Shown here: positions 47,982 to 58,450 of the stretch, piece after piece
How the letters are laid out: each line of letters starts with the position of its first letter
Position numbering within the stretch: the stretch's first letter is position 1
DNA from: an uncultured Bdellovibrio sp.
Lineage (GTDB): Bacteria; Bdellovibrionota; Bdellovibrionia; Bdellovibrionales; Bdellovibrionaceae
Assembly: GCA_963932905.1 (NCBI GenBank)
Contig: CAWVRN010000001.1
Span: forward strand, 224,001-288,000
Direction of reading: 5' to 3'
DNA length: 64,000 bases
Translations under genes and position numbers: made by a program
Notes under the pieces: generated by a model
What the model saw: only the letters and a program-made list of their open reading frames with translations
What the model was told of the DNA's origin: nothing
Databases searched by the model: none

Positions 47982-48854
47982 ATGACCATCAAAGAAGTTC
48001 TGGATAAAACCATAACTTTTTTTAAAGCCAAGGGATTTCAGTCTGCCCGTCTAGATGCGGAAATCCTACTTGCGCATGGTTTAGGGTTAGAACGTTTGCA
48101 GCTGTACCTAAAATTCGATCAACCACTGAAAGAACCTGAATTAGAAAAATTACGTGAACTAGTTAAGCGACGTACAACTGGCGAGCCGATTGCGTATATT
48201 TTGGGAAAAAAAGAATTCTATAAAAACAGTTTTGTGGTGAACAAATCTGTTCTGATTCCGCGACCAGAAACAGAAACTTTGGTGGAAATGGCGGCGGAAT
48301 TCATTGAGAGCAAAGAATCTAGAGAAGGTCTTCAGATTTTAGATATCGGCGGTGGTTCAGGCTGTATTGGAATTTCGCTTGCGAAAGAATTTCCTCAAAT
48401 AAAAGTGACCATCATTGAAAAATCAAAAGACGCTGCGGACGTGATCAGGGAAAACATGGCATTAAATCAGGTCAGCAACGTAACAGTATACAATTTGGAT
48501 GCAAATGATATCGATAACTTCGTTCAGCAGCACCCTAGCGGTAAACCTGCATTCGATTTGATTGTATCAAACCCTCCTTATATTGATGTCGAAGATAAAG
48601 AAGTGGAAGAGAATGTTAGAAAGTTTGAACCGCAAGAGGCATTATTTGCAGAAGATCGGGGTTATGTTTTTTTAAAGAATTGGGCAAAAATATATTCATC
48701 TTTGTTAAATGAAGATGGCATGATGATTTTTGAAATGGGATACACGCAAGGTGAAACTATTTTAGAACATTTAACAAAACTGAATATTTTTAAATCTGTA
48801 AAAATCAAAAAGGACTTAGCTGCAATGGATCGCTTCATTGCGATGGCTAAATAG
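47982..48854 (+). CDS. prmC: Release factor glutamine methyltransferase
   Basis: EPIAYILG, LIPRPETE, DIGGGSGCI, SNPPY. Confidence 0.96.
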   Translation: MTIKEVLDKTITFFKAKGFQSARLDAEILLAHGLGLERLQLYLKFDQPLKEPELEKLRELVKRRTTGEPIAYILGKKEFYKNSFVVNKSVLIPRPETETLVEMAAEFIESKESREGLQILDIGGGSGCIGISLAKEFPQIKVTIIEKSKDAADVIRENMALNQVSNVTVYNLDANDIDNFVQQHPSGKPAFDLIVSNPPYIDVEDKEVEENVRKFEPQEALFAEDRGYVFLKNWAKIYSSLLNEDGMMIFEMGYTQGETILEHLTKLNIFKSVKIKKDLAAMDRFIAMAK

Positions 48855-48861
48855 GTGACCT

Positions 48862-50115
48862 ATGGACAGAATGGCAGTCTCTGGTGGACAAGTATTAAAC
48901 GGCCGGGTGAAAGCAAGTGGCGCAAAAAACTCGGCTCTTAAATTGTTATTTTCTACAATCCTTGCTGAAGGAACCCACCAATTTAAAAACGTACCGGAAC
49001 TAAAAGATATTGAATCTACATCAGCGTTACTGGAAAGTCTTGGTATCCAGTGCGAACGCAAAGGTGAAGATTTTTTAGTTCATTCAAAAAAATTAAACAG
49101 CTTACAAGCTAGCTACGATTTAGTTAGAAAAATGCGCGCCAGCATTTTGTGTCTTGGCCCGATGTTAACTAAATATGGCGAAGCTGTTGTTTCATTACCA
49201 GGTGGTTGTGCTATTGGTTCACGCCCCATCGATTTGCATTTAGATGGTATGCGTGCGCTCGGTGCAGAAATTGAATTAAAAGAAGGTTTTGTTCACGCGA
49301 AAGCTAAGCGCCTAAAAGGTGCGACGTTTTTGTTTGAAAACGTAACTGTTGGTGGAACGGAAAATATGATGATGGCCGCAGCACTAGCTGAAGGCACAAC
49401 GATTTTAGAAAATGCGGCAAAGGAACCAGAGATAGTGGATCTAGCCGAATACCTAATTAAAATGGGTGCGAAAATCACTGGACACGGCACTTCGATCATG
49501 AAAATCGAAGGTGTTGAAAAATTGAAACCGGCTTCTCACACCGTAATGCCTGATCGTATCGAAGCTGGGACTTTATTAATTGCAGGTGCTATTACCGGCG
49601 GCGAAGTAACTGTGGAAAAATGCGTTCCTTCACACTTGGATGCACTATTGTTTAAGTTAAAAGAAGCGGGATTTAAAATCAGTCAGACAGATACGACAAT
49701 GACAGTAGAGTGCGCAAAATCCTGGGATGCCGTTGATATCACGACATCGCCATATCCACAATTTCCCACTGATTTACAAGCTCAGTTTATGGCTTTGATG
49801 TGCGTAGCAAACGGAACTAGTGTTATTTCTGAAACTGTTTTTGAAAATCGATTTATGCACGTTCAAGAACTTATGCGCTTAGGCGCGGATATCACACCAA
49901 AAAGCCGAGTGTCTGTTGTGCGTGGAATACCGAATGGGTTAACAGCAGCACCCGTTATGGCAACTGACTTGCGAGCCAGTGCCTGCCTAGTATTGGCAGG
50001 CTTAGTAGCCAAGGGTGAAACTGTAGTAAATCGTATTTACCATTTAGACCGTGGTTATGAAAAAATGGAAGATAAGTTAACTTCCCTTGGCGCGAAAGTT
50101 AAACGTATCGTCTAA
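48862..50115 (+). CDS. murA: UDP-N-acetylglucosamine 1-carboxyvinyltransferase
   Basis: GAKNS, RASI, LPGGCAIGSRP, NAAKEPE, FPTDLQ, TDLRAS, HLDRGY. Confidence 0.98.
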   Translation: MDRMAVSGGQVLNGRVKASGAKNSALKLLFSTILAEGTHQFKNVPELKDIESTSALLESLGIQCERKGEDFLVHSKKLNSLQASYDLVRKMRASILCLGPMLTKYGEAVVSLPGGCAIGSRPIDLHLDGMRALGAEIELKEGFVHAKAKRLKGATFLFENVTVGGTENMMMAAALAEGTTILENAAKEPEIVDLAEYLIKMGAKITGHGTSIMKIEGVEKLKPASHTVMPDRIEAGTLLIAGAITGGEVTVEKCVPSHLDALLFKLKEAGFKISQTDTTMTVECAKSWDAVDITTSPYPQFPTDLQAQFMALMCVANGTSVISETVFENRFMHVQELMRLGADITPKSRVSVVRGIPNGLTAAPVMATDLRASACLVLAGLVAKGETVVNRIYHLDRGYEKMEDKLTSLGAKVKRIV

Positions 50116-50250
50116 TATTATTCAATTACCTCGCACAATGATTCGCGAGTTTCAAATCCGCCATTTTGAGGAGTAGTTACCACCTGGAATGAAAATCCAA
50201 CCGCTGGCGAAAAAATTTAAATCAAATTTTTGGAAGGTCAAATGTACACA

Positions 50251-51291
50251 CTAATCTGTGTAAGTTTTTGTCTCGCCTTCTTTTAACACGTCAAAATTGT
50301 TAACACTGGCAGCCTTTTTTGCTTTTTCTAAATCGATAACAGGCTGATCGATGGCTTCGTCAGTCAATTGGAAAGTTCCAAAATGTATTCCTACAGATCT
50401 TTTGGGTGATAAATCCTGATGAGCTTTTACAGCGTCTTCGGGATTCATATGCGCATCTTGCATAAACCACCGAGGCTCGTAAGCACCGATAGGCAACATC
50501 GCCAAACTAATATTTGGAAAGCGTTCTTTCGTTTGTTTAAAATGGTCTTTGTAACCAGTGTCTCCTGCGAAATAAATAGTTTTATCACTAAACTCAATCA
50601 TGAATGAACACCACAGGGCTTCGTTCGTATCAAACATCGATCTGCGTGACCAATGATGAGATCGAAGAACGTGAATTTTTATTCCTAGTTCGGGAACATC
50701 GACAAATTCATTCCAGTCTTTTTCTTGAATACGCGGTTTTTTGGAAAAATCTAAATACTGTGAATTTTTCAACGGAACTATAAATAGTGGCGAGAATTTT
50801 TCATTTAGTTTTTTAAGCGAATTGTAGTCCATATGGTCATAGTGGTTGTGGGAAACCAAAACGATATCGATTGGTGGAAGGTTATCTAATTCTAATCCGG
50901 GTGGACGAAATCGCTTAGGTCCAATAAATTGAAACGGACTTGTTCGCGCAGAAAAAACAGGGTCGGTGATAATATTAACTAATCTCTTTGGTGTCTGCAC
51001 TTGGACTAAAAATGTGGAGTGATTAATAAATGTCAGAGCAAATTCACCTGGCTTTAGTGCATTTACTGGAGCCGGAGTCTTTTCATTTTTTTGCTCTACC
51101 CAAGTGGCCGCATTTCTATTCATTTGCCATTTTAGCAAATCAGAAAATGTTTTGCTCTTTTGATCTACGGGATTAAAAAATTTTTCGCCGTCGAAATGAT
51201 CTGACATAGAAGTTCCTTTTGTCGTGCAATGAATTGAAAATACAAGTGAAGTAAGAATTAGAGATCGTCTGAAGCAAATTTGTTTGAACAT
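50251..51291 (-). CDS. MBL-fold metallo-hydrolase (RomA/NAPE-PLD-like)
   Basis: SDHFDGEKFFNP, TDPVFS, SHNHYDHMD, HWSRR, FAGDTG, LPIGAYEPRWF, IHFGTF. Confidence 0.92.
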   Translation of the reverse strand: MFKQICFRRSLILTSLVFSIHCTTKGTSMSDHFDGEKFFNPVDQKSKTFSDLLKWQMNRNAATWVEQKNEKTPAPVNALKPGEFALTFINHSTFLVQVQTPKRLVNIITDPVFSARTSPFQFIGPKRFRPPGLELDNLPPIDIVLVSHNHYDHMDYNSLKKLNEKFSPLFIVPLKNSQYLDFSKKPRIQEKDWNEFVDVPELGIKIHVLRSHHWSRRSMFDTNEALWCSFMIEFSDKTIYFAGDTGYKDHFKQTKERFPNISLAMLPIGAYEPRWFMQDAHMNPEDAVKAHQDLSPKRSVGIHFGTFQLTDEAIDQPVIDLEKAKKAASVNNFDVLKEGETKTYTD

Positions 51292-51329
51292 GTTTTAGAA
51301 GAGTAATCAGGTTATCGATTATAAAAAAG

Positions 51330-51413
51330 CAAAAAAAAAGCCTCTGTGGAGGGGACCAAGAGGCTTTGAAAGACAATCCTGGAGGGGTCCAAGGGACTGT
51401 ATTTATAAGATTT
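51330..51413 (-). ncRNA. Candidate small RNA with two C-rich stem-loops and an intrinsic terminator
   Basis: Minus strand: acagtcc-cttggacccctcca-ggattgt, then aaagcctct-tggtcccctccac-agaggcttt and a T run; upstream TTGCCA-N17-CATAGT. Confidence 0.5.
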
Positions 51414-51785
51414 ATCCATACTATGTATAAGAAATTCTTAGCTGGCAACTATTTTTTTTCAGTTTTTATTTGTTTTGAGTTGACTCTAGAGTTTTTACTA
51501 GAGAGGAAACCGCTTCTACATTCACCGCGAGTAACAAAACAAATACAACGTAAACTAAAACTAAGATTTTCAAACGCACATAGATCTTAAAAGCAATCAG
51601 GAAGCCAAAAGTGTTGCCCTATCAAAACTCGCCAAGTCTGATATATGGCATTTGACTGTAGTTAGGGTTCCAGAACCTGGTTTAATTTGAGTTCTAGTTT
51701 GGACCTAGGTTCTAATTTGGAACTGAAACTATTCTTCTTTTGTTGGTTAGCTCATGCATCTTCTAAGATAAGAAAGAGCTCAAAT

Positions 51786-54695
51786 ATGGCAAAAATTTCA
51801 ATAACTTGGATAATCAAAAATCAACGCGGTCAGATTAAGGGCCCGTACACGACTATTGAGGTTTTAAATTTTATTTCTAGTGGTGCATTTACTGGCGAAG
51901 AGCAGATTACAAAATATCCCGGTGGTGAATGGACTACCATTTCCAAAGAACCAGAATTTTACGAAAAGATTTTAGAGACACTGGAAAATCAACTCAAAGC
52001 TCCAAAGGATGTTTCGTCTACCGCTAAGGAATCTAAGGGTGAAACGAAACAAATAAAAAAGCCCGCAAAATTCGATTCGTCGAAATTAGAAGACACGGTC
52101 GCAGTCCCTGCAGATCAACGTGCGATTATTAAACCAACGATTGTTCCGGTTTCGCAACCAAATCCGCCGATGGCGACATCATCTCCGGACAGTTTGAAGC
52201 AGTTTTTGAATCAGCAGAAATCGGATGTGATTGAACTTAACAGTATCGATAATGAGAAAAATAAAAATAAATTAGATACAATTCGCTGGCCCATCTTTGG
52301 TGCGATAATCGTCGTCGCCGTTATGCTTATTTATTTCGGTCTGTTTGATGATGAAGCTCATGATTCATCAGAAAAAATAGAATTGATTGCTCCCGGTCCA
52401 AGTAAAGATATTCTAAAACCTAACGAAATTGAAGCGCGAGTCGGAAAATCACTGCAATTGGTAAGCATGGATACTCCAGAAAAGTACGCCGAGGCGCAAA
52501 GTATTCTTGTAGCTACGATTGAAAATTCGCTAAAAAATGTCAAAGCACGTATGGTTTTGTGCGCGATTTATAAAGAACTTTGGCCCTACTCACGACAAAG
52601 TGCGAATGATCAAAAAGCAATTATCCAGGTCGCCAAACAAACTAAATCGATGAATAAAATCGATCCGGCCGGTATGTTGTGCGAGTCAGTGAGGCTTGTT
52701 ACAGAAGGTCGCTATTCCGAAGCACAAAGCGTAGTCGATAAAGCGATGGAGAAAGACTATACGAATTTCTTTTTGTATCAGTTAAAAGGCGAAATTTTAG
52801 AACATGATAATCAAAAACTAGTAGCCGAAAATTTCTATCAAAAAGCAAAAGAGCTATCTGGTCAGTGGGTTAAACCGATTTTTTCTCAAGCAATGATAAA
52901 TGCGAAATTAAACGATCCTAATAAAGCGTATCAATTGTTTGCTTCCGCTCTTAAGCTGAACAAACAGCATAAGAATTCTATTTTTGGTCTTGGAATTTTA
53001 GAGGCCAATCGTGGCCAGCAAGACAAGGCCATTTCGTATATTACGAATGGTTTGTCATTAGATGGCTTGGTAGATAAGGCCATTGAATCGCAAGGCCTTG
53101 AATCCCTTGTCGAGATTTACCTAATTAAAGGCGACAAAAAGAAAGCGATTGAGTTGGCAAATCTAAACTTGTCTAAAAATCCAAGTAAGAAATCCGCGAT
53201 TCACCTTTGCGATCGGCTCGGCGGTTGCGATAAATCTGTTGTGAAAAATGCGAAACAAGATGAAGAGTTGTTTTTCAGTTGCCAGGCGTTGTTTCGTCAA
53301 AAGGAATTTTTGCAATCTCAAGCTGAATGCAAATCAGCGTTTGAGTTAAATAAGAAAAACGCTGCTGCCGCCTTGACCGCCGGGGAATCTTTATGGGCCC
53401 TTGGACAAAGCGTGGAGGCAATTTCTTGGATTGAGAAAGCAATCAAAGCTGATCCCAGAAACTATAAGGCGTATTTAAAAAAGGCCGAGTTTCTATCCGA
53501 TAGATTTGATTTTATTGAAGCTGAAAAAGTTTTGCTTCAAGCCGACTACGTTAGTGGAAAAACAAGCTACGAAGTACAGCGTGGATTTGCGTACCTCGCG
53601 TATAAAAAACGTGACTACCCTAGTACCTTGAAATTGGCCGAGAAAGCGCTGAAGAGTTACGATGCAGATTTAGAGAGTATTATTTTATATTCTTCGGCGG
53701 CCCGTAATTTAGCTGTTGCTTTCAAAGTAGCGTCACAAAAAGATCAGGAACAACGTCAAAAACTAGCTCAAGATGCCTATGGTTACGCGCTAAAGGCAAT
53801 AGAGCTAGACTCTACAAGTATTCAAGCTCAAATCAACTATGCGAAAGTCATTGCAACTCGGCAAGGGGTGGAGATCGGTGCAGATTACCTGATCGAACTG
53901 ATCAAATTGTATCCGTCATTATATGAATATAGAATTGCGCTAGCAGAAATTTATATTGAGGAAGAACGTTTTAAACAAGCCATCGAGGAACTGCAAAAAG
54001 TTCTTGCGGTCAATGCCAAAAACAAAAAAGCGTTGATGGCGATAGCTAAATCCTATTTTCAAGTTGGCGATCCAGACAAAGCCACGACGGCTTATCTAAC
54101 CGCCAGCAATTTGGACCCGTCTGATGCTGAGCCTATTTTTGAAGTCGCTAAGATCTATATGGAAATAGGAAAAATTGGCCTAGCGTTAACACAGTTCGAA
54201 CGCGTACTGGCTTTAAATAAAAAATACCCTAAAGCGAATTTTTATATTGGACGGCTTATGATTTTAAAAGGAAATTATTCTGAAGCCGAGAAATATGCTG
54301 AAATTGAAAAGAAAATGTATCCTCAGTTGACGGATCCATATCTTTTGATCGCTGAAATTAAGTATATTAGTAAAAACTATACCGAATGCGCTGCTGAATA
54401 TGCTCGGGCTACAAATTTCGGGACTCAGCCTGCGGCAGTTTATGTCAAAGCCGCAAAGTGCTATCGTTTATCGGGACAACTGGATATGGCTCAGGGTTTT
54501 ATCGACATTGCAGCGGAAAAAGAAAGCGGATTTGAGGAGATCTACAAAGAACAGGGGGCTCTATTTGAAAGCCGGGGTGACACTGTTTCTGCGATAAGAT
54601 CTTATTGCAAATATGCGGAATTATCACCAAACTCAAAAGATCAGGCATTAATAAAATCGCAGATTCAAGCACTAGGAGGCGAATGTGGGGATTAA
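51786..54695 (+). CDS. GYF_2-domain / TM / multi-TPR protein
   Basis: WIIKNQRGQIKGPY...G...W (GYF_2/DUF4339-like), single TM, long TPR array; start set at ATG 51786. Confidence 0.85.
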   Translation: MAKISITWIIKNQRGQIKGPYTTIEVLNFISSGAFTGEEQITKYPGGEWTTISKEPEFYEKILETLENQLKAPKDVSSTAKESKGETKQIKKPAKFDSSKLEDTVAVPADQRAIIKPTIVPVSQPNPPMATSSPDSLKQFLNQQKSDVIELNSIDNEKNKNKLDTIRWPIFGAIIVVAVMLIYFGLFDDEAHDSSEKIELIAPGPSKDILKPNEIEARVGKSLQLVSMDTPEKYAEAQSILVATIENSLKNVKARMVLCAIYKELWPYSRQSANDQKAIIQVAKQTKSMNKIDPAGMLCESVRLVTEGRYSEAQSVVDKAMEKDYTNFFLYQLKGEILEHDNQKLVAENFYQKAKELSGQWVKPIFSQAMINAKLNDPNKAYQLFASALKLNKQHKNSIFGLGILEANRGQQDKAISYITNGLSLDGLVDKAIESQGLESLVEIYLIKGDKKKAIELANLNLSKNPSKKSAIHLCDRLGGCDKSVVKNAKQDEELFFSCQALFRQKEFLQSQAECKSAFELNKKNAAAALTAGESLWALGQSVEAISWIEKAIKADPRNYKAYLKKAEFLSDRFDFIEAEKVLLQADYVSGKTSYEVQRGFAYLAYKKRDYPSTLKLAEKALKSYDADLESIILYSSAARNLAVAFKVASQKDQEQRQKLAQDAYGYALKAIELDSTSIQAQINYAKVIATRQGVEIGADYLIELIKLYPSLYEYRIALAEIYIEEERFKQAIEELQKVLAVNAKNKKALMAIAKSYFQVGDPDKATTAYLTASNLDPSDAEPIFEVAKIYMEIGKIGLALTQFERVLALNKKYPKANFYIGRLMILKGNYSEAEKYAEIEKKMYPQLTDPYLLIAEIKYISKNYTECAAEYARATNFGTQPAAVYVKAAKCYRLSGQLDMAQGFIDIAAEKESGFEEIYKEQGALFESRGDTVSAIRSYCKYAELSPNSKDQALIKSQIQALGGECGD

Positions 54696-54993
54696 AGATC
54701 AAGTTTCGTCATTAGCACAGGGAGCGCAATCTAAAGCTAAAACGTCGGCACAGTCATTTATGCAAATTTCATTTAGATTGGTGACGGGTTTTTTTCTTGG
54801 TTTGACACTGTCTCTGATTGGTCAAGAACTGACTGGTTATGGCTCGTTTTCACTGATTTTTTTAAATCTAGTCGTGATGGGTTTATTTTTCCGCCTATCC
54901 CAAAACTGGTCCATGATAAAAATTTTAGTTTTTGATTTGGTTTGTCTTCTTGTCATTCAAATCTTGAAAATGTATATATTGATCGCGCCTTAA
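54685..54993 (+). CDS. Small hypothetical membrane protein
   Basis: About 3 TM, GGAGG RBS before GTG, coupled to the TPR gene. Confidence 0.75.
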   Translation: MGIKDQVSSLAQGAQSKAKTSAQSFMQISFRLVTGFFLGLTLSLIGQELTGYGSFSLIFLNLVVMGLFFRLSQNWSMIKILVFDLVCLLVIQILKMYILIAP

Positions 54994-55024
54994 ACAGGTA
55001 TGCGAAACGACCTAGGAAACGATC

Positions 55025-56320
55025 ATGATTGATATTAAATTGTTAGAAAAAAAGCCTGAAAATAATGAACCGTCATACTTGGATGCTTACCGCGCAAATC
55101 TTGCGAATCGTGGCGCCGATAGTGCTGTGTTAGATAAAATTTTAGATTTAAATAAAAAACGTAAAGAACTTATCTTTTCGGCCGAGTCTGAAAAATCAAA
55201 GCAAAACAAAGCCAGTCAAGAATTGGGTAAATTAAAACGCGAAGGTAAAGATACGTCCGCGTTGCAGGCCGAACTTGGAAAAATTTCTGCCGAAGTAAAA
55301 GAGATGGAAAAAAAAGCAGGCGAAGTCGACGCTGAAGTTTACAATCTTCTTTTGACGATTCCGAATATGCATCACAGCTCTGTTCCGGTTGGAAAATCGG
55401 CTGAAGAAAATAAAATCGTAAAAACTATTGGCAATAAAACTTCATTTTCTTTTAAAGCCAAGGAGCATTGGGAAATCGGTGAAAAGCTTGGCATTATTGA
55501 TTTTGAAAGAGCCGGTAAAGTCACAGGTGCTAGGTTCGCCTTTTTGAAAGGTCACGGCGCACGTTTGGAACGCGCACTGATTCAGTTCATGATGGATTTG
55601 CATAGTGAAGCTCATGGCTATACGGAAATGATTCCACCTTTTATCGTAAATACTAACAGTTTAATCGGTACTGGTAACTTACCTAAATTTAAAGATGATT
55701 TGTTTCATCTTAGTGGTCAGGACTATTTCTTGATCCCAACAGCGGAAGTGCCTGTTACAAATTATTTCAATAATGAAACACTAAATGAATCTGATTTGCC
55801 AAAAATGTTTTGTGCTTATTCGCCGTGCTTTCGTTCAGAGGCTGGCAGTCATGGCCGCGATACCAAAGGATTAATTCGTCAGCATCAATTTAATAAAGTA
55901 GAACTCATGATCTTTGCACCACCTACGCGTTCTCATGAATTGCATGAAAAGCTAACGAGCGATGCTGAAAAAATTCTAACTGAACTTGAGCTTCCTTTCC
56001 GTCGCATGCTTTTGTGTACGGGTGATATGGGATTTGGATCAGCGAAAACTTTCGATTTGGAAGTATGGCTACCAGGACAGAACGAATATCGCGAGATCAG
56101 TTCATGTAGTAATTTTGAGGATTTCCAGGCGCGCCGAGCGAATATTCGCTATAAAGCGGCTAATGGAAAACCACAGTTTGTTCACACACTTAACGGCTCT
56201 GGTTTAGCTGTTGGGCGCACCCTAATTGCTGTTTTAGAAAACTATCAAAATGAAGACGGATCAGTCCGGGTTCCTAAAGCATTACAAAAATACATGAGCG
56301 GTGTAACCCTTCTTAAATAA
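55025..56320 (+). CDS. serS: Serine--tRNA ligase
   Basis: [47 protein letters not shown]. Confidence 0.98.
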   Translation: MIDIKLLEKKPENNEPSYLDAYRANLANRGADSAVLDKILDLNKKRKELIFSAESEKSKQNKASQELGKLKREGKDTSALQAELGKISAEVKEMEKKAGEVDAEVYNLLLTIPNMHHSSVPVGKSAEENKIVKTIGNKTSFSFKAKEHWEIGEKLGIIDFERAGKVTGARFAFLKGHGARLERALIQFMMDLHSEAHGYTEMIPPFIVNTNSLIGTGNLPKFKDDLFHLSGQDYFLIPTAEVPVTNYFNNETLNESDLPKMFCAYSPCFRSEAGSHGRDTKGLIRQHQFNKVELMIFAPPTRSHELHEKLTSDAEKILTELELPFRRMLLCTGDMGFGSAKTFDLEVWLPGQNEYREISSCSNFEDFQARRANIRYKAANGKPQFVHTLNGSGLAVGRTLIAVLENYQNEDGSVRVPKALQKYMSGVTLLK

Positions 56321-56432
56321 GGGTTACCAGTCCATAAAATGAAAATTCCTTAGGCAATACCGCCTACTAACGCGCAGAATAAATTTAAAAAAGGCGTTGA
56401 TCCGTCGTGCCGTTTCCAATAGAACTGACCCC

Positions 56433-56522
56433 GGAGCGATGGTAGAGCGGTTGAATACACCAGTCTTGAAAACTGGCAGCCCTTCGCGGGGCTCGAGAGT
56501 TCGAATCTCTCTCGCTCCGCCA
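56433..56522 (+). tRNA. tRNA-Ser(TGA)
   Basis: GGAGCGA/TCGCTCC acceptor stem, ccagt-cTTGAaa-actgg anticodon arm, long variable arm, GTTCGAATC T-loop, G discriminator, encoded CCA. Confidence 0.97.
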
Positions 56523-56677
56523 ATTACTCTCTCGAAAAAATCAAGTCGCTGAAATTAAAATCAAAAATTATTAAATGCTTCAAGTGGTTGAAAATACTTG
56601 TTTGAAGACGTCCCCGGTTTGACTCGGGGTTCAGAATATTTCCGGGTATTTCTGCTCATTTCAAAATCTTGCTACAG
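56514..56677 (+). repeat. Direct repeat copy 1 (tRNA 3' end plus about 155 bp)
   Basis: ctccgcca.ttactctctcgaaaaa.tcaagtc.ctgaaattaaaatcaaaaattattaaatgcttcaagt...tttcaaaatcttgctacag recurs at 59024-59185. Confidence 0.9.
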
Positions 56678-56947
56678 ATTACTACAACTTTTGCTACACG
56701 GATTTTTCTATGGCGTAAATTTAGCAATACCCGGCCGTCTTGAACTATCCTTGTTCGATTTTCAAAAGCGTCCCCGTTAATGGACATCTAAAAGTTTAAG
56801 AATTTTTGGAAAATTGATTCTGGGACGAAAAGATTTAGTGTTCACAAAGGTTTGTAAAACTATGATCGCTTTTGGGTCCCAGAAGAAGTGGTTTTGAGTT
56901 TTTGAAATTCAAACGAGTAATAGATTAAGCTGGACTAGCTTATCGTG

Positions 56948-57799
56948 CTACCACTTACCATTATCGTTCTTTGAAGCTTGTTTTGACGGAATTTCTTCGA
57001 TTGTATCCCAGTGCTCTTCAATTCTGTCATTTTCAATTCTAAAGAGGTCATAGTAAGCGGCTGGCTTATTATCAAACAATCCTTCACTCATAACCAAAAC
57101 AAAATTTCCCTGACCCAAAACCTTTTTAATAGAATTGTACTTAACAACGAAACCTTCTTTTTGCCACTTCCCTAAAGCTTCGACCAAAGATTTTAAACTG
57201 TCAGCAATAACCGGGTTATGTTGAAGGTAATTATCACCGAAATCGTAAGATTTTAGTTTTTTAAGGTCTCCTTGAACCAAAATATCAGTTACAAAATTTT
57301 TAGCAAGTTTCTTATTTTTTTCAGTTTTGTGCAGATCTTTGACTTCAGTTGGTCCATCTATCATGGTACGGTTGCTCGGATTCGGTTTCATTGGATTAAC
57401 TTGCAAATTATCCCAATGTTCTTCAATTTTTCCATTTTTAAAACGAAACACATCGAAGCCAATTTTGGGTCCAAAGAAGTTATATTCCGTATGTGTCACA
57501 ACATAATCATCATCACGAAAAGCACGAACAGTATTCACTTTTCCCGAACCGGGCGGTAGCTGCTTAACGACTGAGAGCAAGCCTTCAAGGCCTGTCGGAA
57601 TATTCAAATTATGCTGTTTGTATGCACCTACATATTTGTGGGGCTCGGTGGCTCCAGTCTCAATTGATTTCAAGAACTGAATCGCTTTTTCAGTATTCGA
57701 CGTAGCTTCTATAGTTGTACCTTTGGCATTTGCGTTCCAACTCATAGATGTTGCAAGTAATGCAGCTATGATAATTTTTCGAACATTTGTGTTTTCCAT
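56948..57799 (-). CDS. Exported tandem NTF2/SnoaL-like domain protein
   Basis: Signal peptide; two domains each with YxQHN and D.FR...EEHWD; GGAG RBS before ATG 57799. Confidence 0.85.
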   Translation of the reverse strand: MENTNVRKIIIAALLATSMSWNANAKGTTIEATSNTEKAIQFLKSIETGATEPHKYVGAYKQHNLNIPTGLEGLLSVVKQLPPGSGKVNTVRAFRDDDYVVTHTEYNFFGPKIGFDVFRFKNGKIEEHWDNLQVNPMKPNPSNRTMIDGPTEVKDLHKTEKNKKLAKNFVTDILVQGDLKKLKSYDFGDNYLQHNPVIADSLKSLVEALGKWQKEGFVVKYNSIKKVLGQGNFVLVMSEGLFDNKPAAYYDLFRIENDRIEEHWDTIEEIPSKQASKNDNGKW

Positions 57800-57852
57800 A
57801 TTTTCTCCTGTTTTAAATAAGATCAATTGATCTTATATTGTTTATTCATTAT

Positions 57853-57874
57853 ATATCTATCACTAGATAGATAT
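57853..57874. promoter_or_regulatory. Probable TetR operator upstream of the NTF2/SnoaL gene
   Basis: atatctat-cactag-atagatat inverted repeat; near copy at 58429-58450. Confidence 0.7.
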
Positions 57875-57887
57875 GGTTTCAAAAAAA

Positions 57888-58421
57888 CTACAGGGTTTTA
57901 ACCCAAGCTTTTGCTGCCTCTAAGCTGTCACTGTCATCATTCGCTCGATCGACAATTAAGGCTCCCTCAATAAGGCTTACGATCACCTTACTTAAATGTA
58001 TTCTCGATAGGTCTGATTCGCTTTTGTAAAATTTGATTTTTTGACTGATCCAACCTTCTAAGGTCGAAAAAAAGCTTCTAACCCGGTCAACGACCTGAGG
58101 TTCTAGTCCACTCGCTTCCGTCGCTAATGATCCGCAGAGACAAATCAGTTTTTCTTTCTGAGATTCCTCGCAAAAAGAAATCATGATTTCAAGAGTCTTA
58201 GCCAACGTTTTAACACTTTGTGTTCTTCTCTCTAGCTCGTTCATAAAATTTTGACCATAATCTTTTACAATCTCAGCTAAAAGATCTGATTTGGTCGGAA
58301 AATAATAGTGAATAGAAGACGATTTAACTCCAACTATATTGCCTAAATCTCTGAAATTCAAACTGTGAGAACCACCCATTCGAACTATTCTGATCGCTTC
58401 TGTCTTGATTGAATCTTTCAT
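57888..58421 (-). CDS. TetR/AcrR family regulator
   Basis: FRDLGNIVGVKSSSIHYYFPTKSDL HTH; CLCGSLA C-terminal motif; start set at ATG 58421. Confidence 0.92.
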   Translation of the reverse strand: MKDSIKTEAIRIVRMGGSHSLNFRDLGNIVGVKSSSIHYYFPTKSDLLAEIVKDYGQNFMNELERRTQSVKTLAKTLEIMISFCEESQKEKLICLCGSLATEASGLEPQVVDRVRSFFSTLEGWISQKIKFYKSESDLSRIHLSKVIVSLIEGALIVDRANDDSDSLEAAKAWVKTL

Positions 58422-58428
58422 AATCTTA

Positions 58429-58450
58429 TTATCTATCAACTGGTAGATAA
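58429..58450. promoter_or_regulatory. Probable TetR autoregulatory operator
   Basis: ttatctat-caactg-gtagataa, 8 bp upstream of the TetR ATG. Confidence 0.7.

Noticed and set aside
50135..50215. tRNA-like or structured RNA after murA (tcaaatccgcca)
   Set aside because: No acceptor stem or anticodon arm could be built
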